Positions 61,276 to 64,000 of a stretch of 64,000 nucleotides of DNA are shown piece after piece. The number at the start of each line of letters is the position of its first letter. Positions within the stretch are counted from its first letter, which is position 1. The stretch covers positions 3,104,001-3,168,000 of the forward strand of contig CAWKDB010000010.1 in assembly GCA_963848295.1 (NCBI GenBank), given 5' to 3'. The stretch comes from an uncultured delta proteobacterium (GTDB lineage Bacteria; Myxococcota_A; Polyangia; Haliangiales; Haliangiaceae). The notes under the pieces are model-generated. The model had not been told where the DNA came from and searched no databases. It worked only from the letters and a program-made list of their open reading frames with translations. A program made the translations under genes and the position numbers.

Positions 61276-62291
61276 CCCAGTGCGACGTCCGCGATGCCTT
61301 CGTGCTCGGCTACTCGGATCGGAAGGTCGAGGAACGCGCCGATGGTCTCGATGTTGGTCGTCGCGTGCAGCGACAGCGGGGCGAGGGTGCGAAACCGGCC
61401 ACCGCCGGCGACGGCCATCGGCAAGAGGAGCTGATCGGCGCAGTGCTCGCCGACGGGGACGCCGGCTTCCAGGAAGTCTTCGAGCTCGTCGAGCGCGTCG
61501 TCGGCGACATCTTCGGCAGGATAGCCCTTGCGCCCGTGCGACGTGCACAGCTCGCGCGCGCCGCTGTCGAGCGTGACCTCGGCGAAGAACACGTTGTTCG
61601 GTCCAGCGTCGTCGAACGAGCGCAGCTCGCAGGTCGGCTGGTTCAGGCGTTCGCGCGCGACCGCGAGCTCGCGTTCGCCGACGTGACTCGGCAGCTTCGC
61701 GATGATCGCGACCGCGCGCCGCTCGACGACCGCGCCGGCGGCGACCACCTCGATCGGACGCAGCACGCTGCCCTCGGCGATGTCGACGATGATCTTCCCG
61801 CCGCCGGTCGGCATCAAGCCGTGGCGATCGAGCGTCAGCGTCAACTTCGCGCCCATCGCGGCCAGGTGCGGTGCCAAGACGCGGTCCAAGAATTCGAACG
61901 GTGGCGCGAGCGAGTTGTGCGTGCCGCCGGTGATCACGATCCGCAACGCGCGACCGCTCGCGATCGCGGGCACGAGCACGGTCTGCGCGACCAACACGGT
62001 CGAGCCGGCGCTGCCGATATCGATCGCCAGCTCGCTCGGCCGCGCGTCGCCCGGCGCGAACGCGAGATCTTGCGAATCGAGCTCGGCACCTTCGACTCGA
62101 GCGCCGCACAGTGCAGCGGCGGCCTCGACGCACGTGAGGTGCTGCCGCTGCAACCCGGGGCGCTTGCGCCCGGCGCGAATCCTGCGCAACCGGAGCTTGC
62201 GCCCGGTGATGATCGCGAGCGCGAGCGACGTGCGCAGCACTTGGCCGCCACCTTCACCGCGCGAGCCGTCGATCGTCACCGGTAATCGCAT
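61230..62291 (-). CDS. rtcA: RNA 3'-terminal phosphate cyclase
   Basis: IDGSRGEGGGQVLR, RPGLQRQH, GGTHN, EHCADQLLL, HATTN. Confidence 0.95.
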   Translation of the reverse strand: MRLPVTIDGSRGEGGGQVLRTSLALAIITGRKLRLRRIRAGRKRPGLQRQHLTCVEAAAALCGARVEGAELDSQDLAFAPGDARPSELAIDIGSAGSTVLVAQTVLVPAIASGRALRIVITGGTHNSLAPPFEFLDRVLAPHLAAMGAKLTLTLDRHGLMPTGGGKIIVDIAEGSVLRPIEVVAAGAVVERRAVAIIAKLPSHVGERELAVARERLNQPTCELRSFDDAGPNNVFFAEVTLDSGARELCTSHGRKGYPAEDVADDALDELEDFLEAGVPVGEHCADQLLLPMAVAGGGRFRTLAPLSLHATTNIETIGAFLDLPIRVAEHEGIADVALGTLSLLSTCAPTPAG

Positions 62292-62293
62292 CG

Positions 62294-63505
62294 CTAGCCC
62301 TTCACGCACACGACTTGGCGCAGCTGGTGGACGACCTCGACGAGCTCGGCCTGCGCGGCCATCACGACGTCGATCGGCTTGTACGCCATCGGGGTCTCGT
62401 CGATCACGTCGGCGTCCTTGCGGCACTCGATGCCTTCGGTGGCGCGCGCGTGATCCTCGACGGTGAACCGCCGCTTCGCTGCGCCGCGCGACATCGCACG
62501 CCCGGCGCCGTGGCTGCACGAGCAAAACGATTCCGGGTTGCCCTTGCCGCGCACGATGAAGCTCGCGGCACCCATCGAGCCCGGGATGATGCCGAGATCG
62601 CCGAGCCGCGCCCGCACCGCGCCCTTGCGCGTCACCAACACGTCGGTGCCAAAGTGATGCTCGCGCGAGACGTAGTTGTGGTGACAGTTGACCGCGGTGT
62701 CACCGAGCTCGAACCGCGGCAGCTTCGTGCGCGCCGCCGCGATCACTGCGTCCATCATCAGCTGGCGGTTGGTCGACGCGAACTGCTGCGCCCACTCGAC
62801 CGCGTCGACGTAATCCGCGAAGTGCCGGCTACCTTCGTCGAAGTACGCGAGGTCGCGATCCGGCAGGTTGCGCTGCAGGCGCTGCATGTCGCGCCTCGCG
62901 AGCTCGATGAAGTACGTGCCGATCCGATTGCCGACGCCGCGCGAGCCCGAGTGCAGCATGAACCACACGCGATCCGCTTCGTCGAGGCAGACCTCGATGA
63001 AGTGGTTCCCGGTGCCGAGCGTGCCGAGCTGGTTGACGTCGTTGCCTTGACCGACGCGCGGGTGCTTCGCGCTGATCGCGGCGTACGTCGCCTGCAGCGC
63101 CTGCCATGCCGCCGCGTTTGCCGCCGGTACGTCGTGCCATGCGCCGCGATCGCCGCGCCCGCCGTTGCGCGTCCGACCGTGCGGCACCGCCGCCTCGATC
63201 GCGGAGCGCACGGCCTTCAAGTCGTCCGGCAACTGGCTCGCCGCCAGCGTCGTCTCGACCGCCATCATGCCGCAGCCGATGTCGACGCCGACCGCCGCCG
63301 GGATCACGGCGCGCTCGGTCGCGACGACGCTACCGACGGTTGCACCGATGCCGAAATGGACGTCGGGCATCGCCGCGACGTGATGAAACACGATCGGCAG
63401 TCGCGCCGTATTCGCGAGCTGAGCTCGCGCCTGCGCTTCGATGTCCAGGCCGCGCGTCCATGCCTTGATCGGCACGCCGCCGGTTTCGATCAGCTCGTAG
63501 TCCAT
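62294..63505 (-). CDS. rtcB: RNA-splicing/repair ligase RtcB
   Basis: MPDVHFG, GVDIGCG, GNHFIE, HSGSRG, HHNY, HGAGR, VVCVKG. Confidence 0.96.
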   Translation of the reverse strand: MDYELIETGGVPIKAWTRGLDIEAQARAQLANTARLPIVFHHVAAMPDVHFGIGATVGSVVATERAVIPAAVGVDIGCGMMAVETTLAASQLPDDLKAVRSAIEAAVPHGRTRNGGRGDRGAWHDVPAANAAAWQALQATYAAISAKHPRVGQGNDVNQLGTLGTGNHFIEVCLDEADRVWFMLHSGSRGVGNRIGTYFIELARRDMQRLQRNLPDRDLAYFDEGSRHFADYVDAVEWAQQFASTNRQLMMDAVIAAARTKLPRFELGDTAVNCHHNYVSREHHFGTDVLVTRKGAVRARLGDLGIIPGSMGAASFIVRGKGNPESFCSCSHGAGRAMSRGAAKRRFTVEDHARATEGIECRKDADVIDETPMAYKPIDVVMAAQAELVEVVHQLRQVVCVKG

Positions 63506-63632
63506 GACCGTTCCTTCGGCTGCCTTACCAGCCGGTCGCCGCGAACGCCCCTCGGCTCGCGATCGCAAGACTTCTACGCGAACGCTCGGCGGCTCGCAAG
63601 CCTGTTCGCGGAACTGGCCCAAACCACGAGCA

Positions 63633-64000
63633 TCACGCGCGGCGTCTGGGCTGTCCGAGCCGTGCGGCGAGGTAGTGACGGAGCATGACCTTGGTCTCTT
63701 CCAGGATCGCTTTCGCCGCGGCGGGCTGCGCGCGTTGCGACACGAACAACATCGTCGCGACCGTGGTCACGATCATCGTCGCGACGAGCTGGCGCTCGGC
63801 CGGTGCCAGCGCGCGCGCGATCCCGCCGAGCTTGCCGGCGACCTGGGCCACGATGAAGTGATGCAGCGCGGTGTCGGTCTCGGCGTAGAGGCCGTACAGC
63901 TGTAGGTTCATCAGCACCGCACGGAACGATGGATCGCTGCGGTGAAGGATCGCGAACGCGTCGATCATGGCGTCGATCGCGTCGGGCCACGGGACACGCG
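63633..64000 (-). CDS. Probable TetR-family regulator, C-terminal part (5' end outside window)
   Basis: All-helical C-terminal region ending EETKVMLRHYLAARL; HTH not visible in the window. Confidence 0.5.
   Translation of the reverse strand, partial: RVPWPDAIDAMIDAFAILHRSDPSFRAVLMNLQLYGLYAETDTALHHFIVAQVAGKLGGIARALAPAERQLVATMIVTTVATMLFVSQRAQPAAAKAILEETKVMLRHYLAARLGQPRRRA

Overview
GC-rich bacterial chromosomal window, very likely Myxococcota. This is inferred from a MYXO-CTERM-type tail, a Myxococcus Cys-rich repeat, a CglF-like gene, many Ser/Thr kinases with FHA and sigma54 partners, and many lipoproteins. It holds about 63 genes. Housekeeping genes include amt, upp, oppABC, a thiolase, metK, hisD/hisC, mscS and rtcB/rtcA. 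There is a kinase/FHA signalling cluster at 8.7-17.8 kb and many secreted hydrolases, cytochromes and unknown lipoproteins. I recognised no rRNA, tRNA, CRISPR-cas gene or transposase. The main unexplained structure is a ~20-bp non-palindromic repeat (GACGCTGTCTCTTTTGTCAM) seen 15 times, always as direct-repeat doublets (one triplet) mostly 73-76 bp apart. At three loci an inverted pair of doublets brackets one cargo ORF: amt, a 50-codon lipoprotein fragment, and a paralog of a nearby secreted-protein gene. Copies sit on or next to stop codons, extend RtcA, and replace the 5' end of a pseudouridine synthase gene, which suggests a non-autonomous mobile or recombinational element. Five single-base indels (FHA-sigma54 activator, pseudouridine synthase, a lipoprotein, hisD twice) are most simply assembly errors. 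All product calls come from motif recognition by eye; no searches were run.
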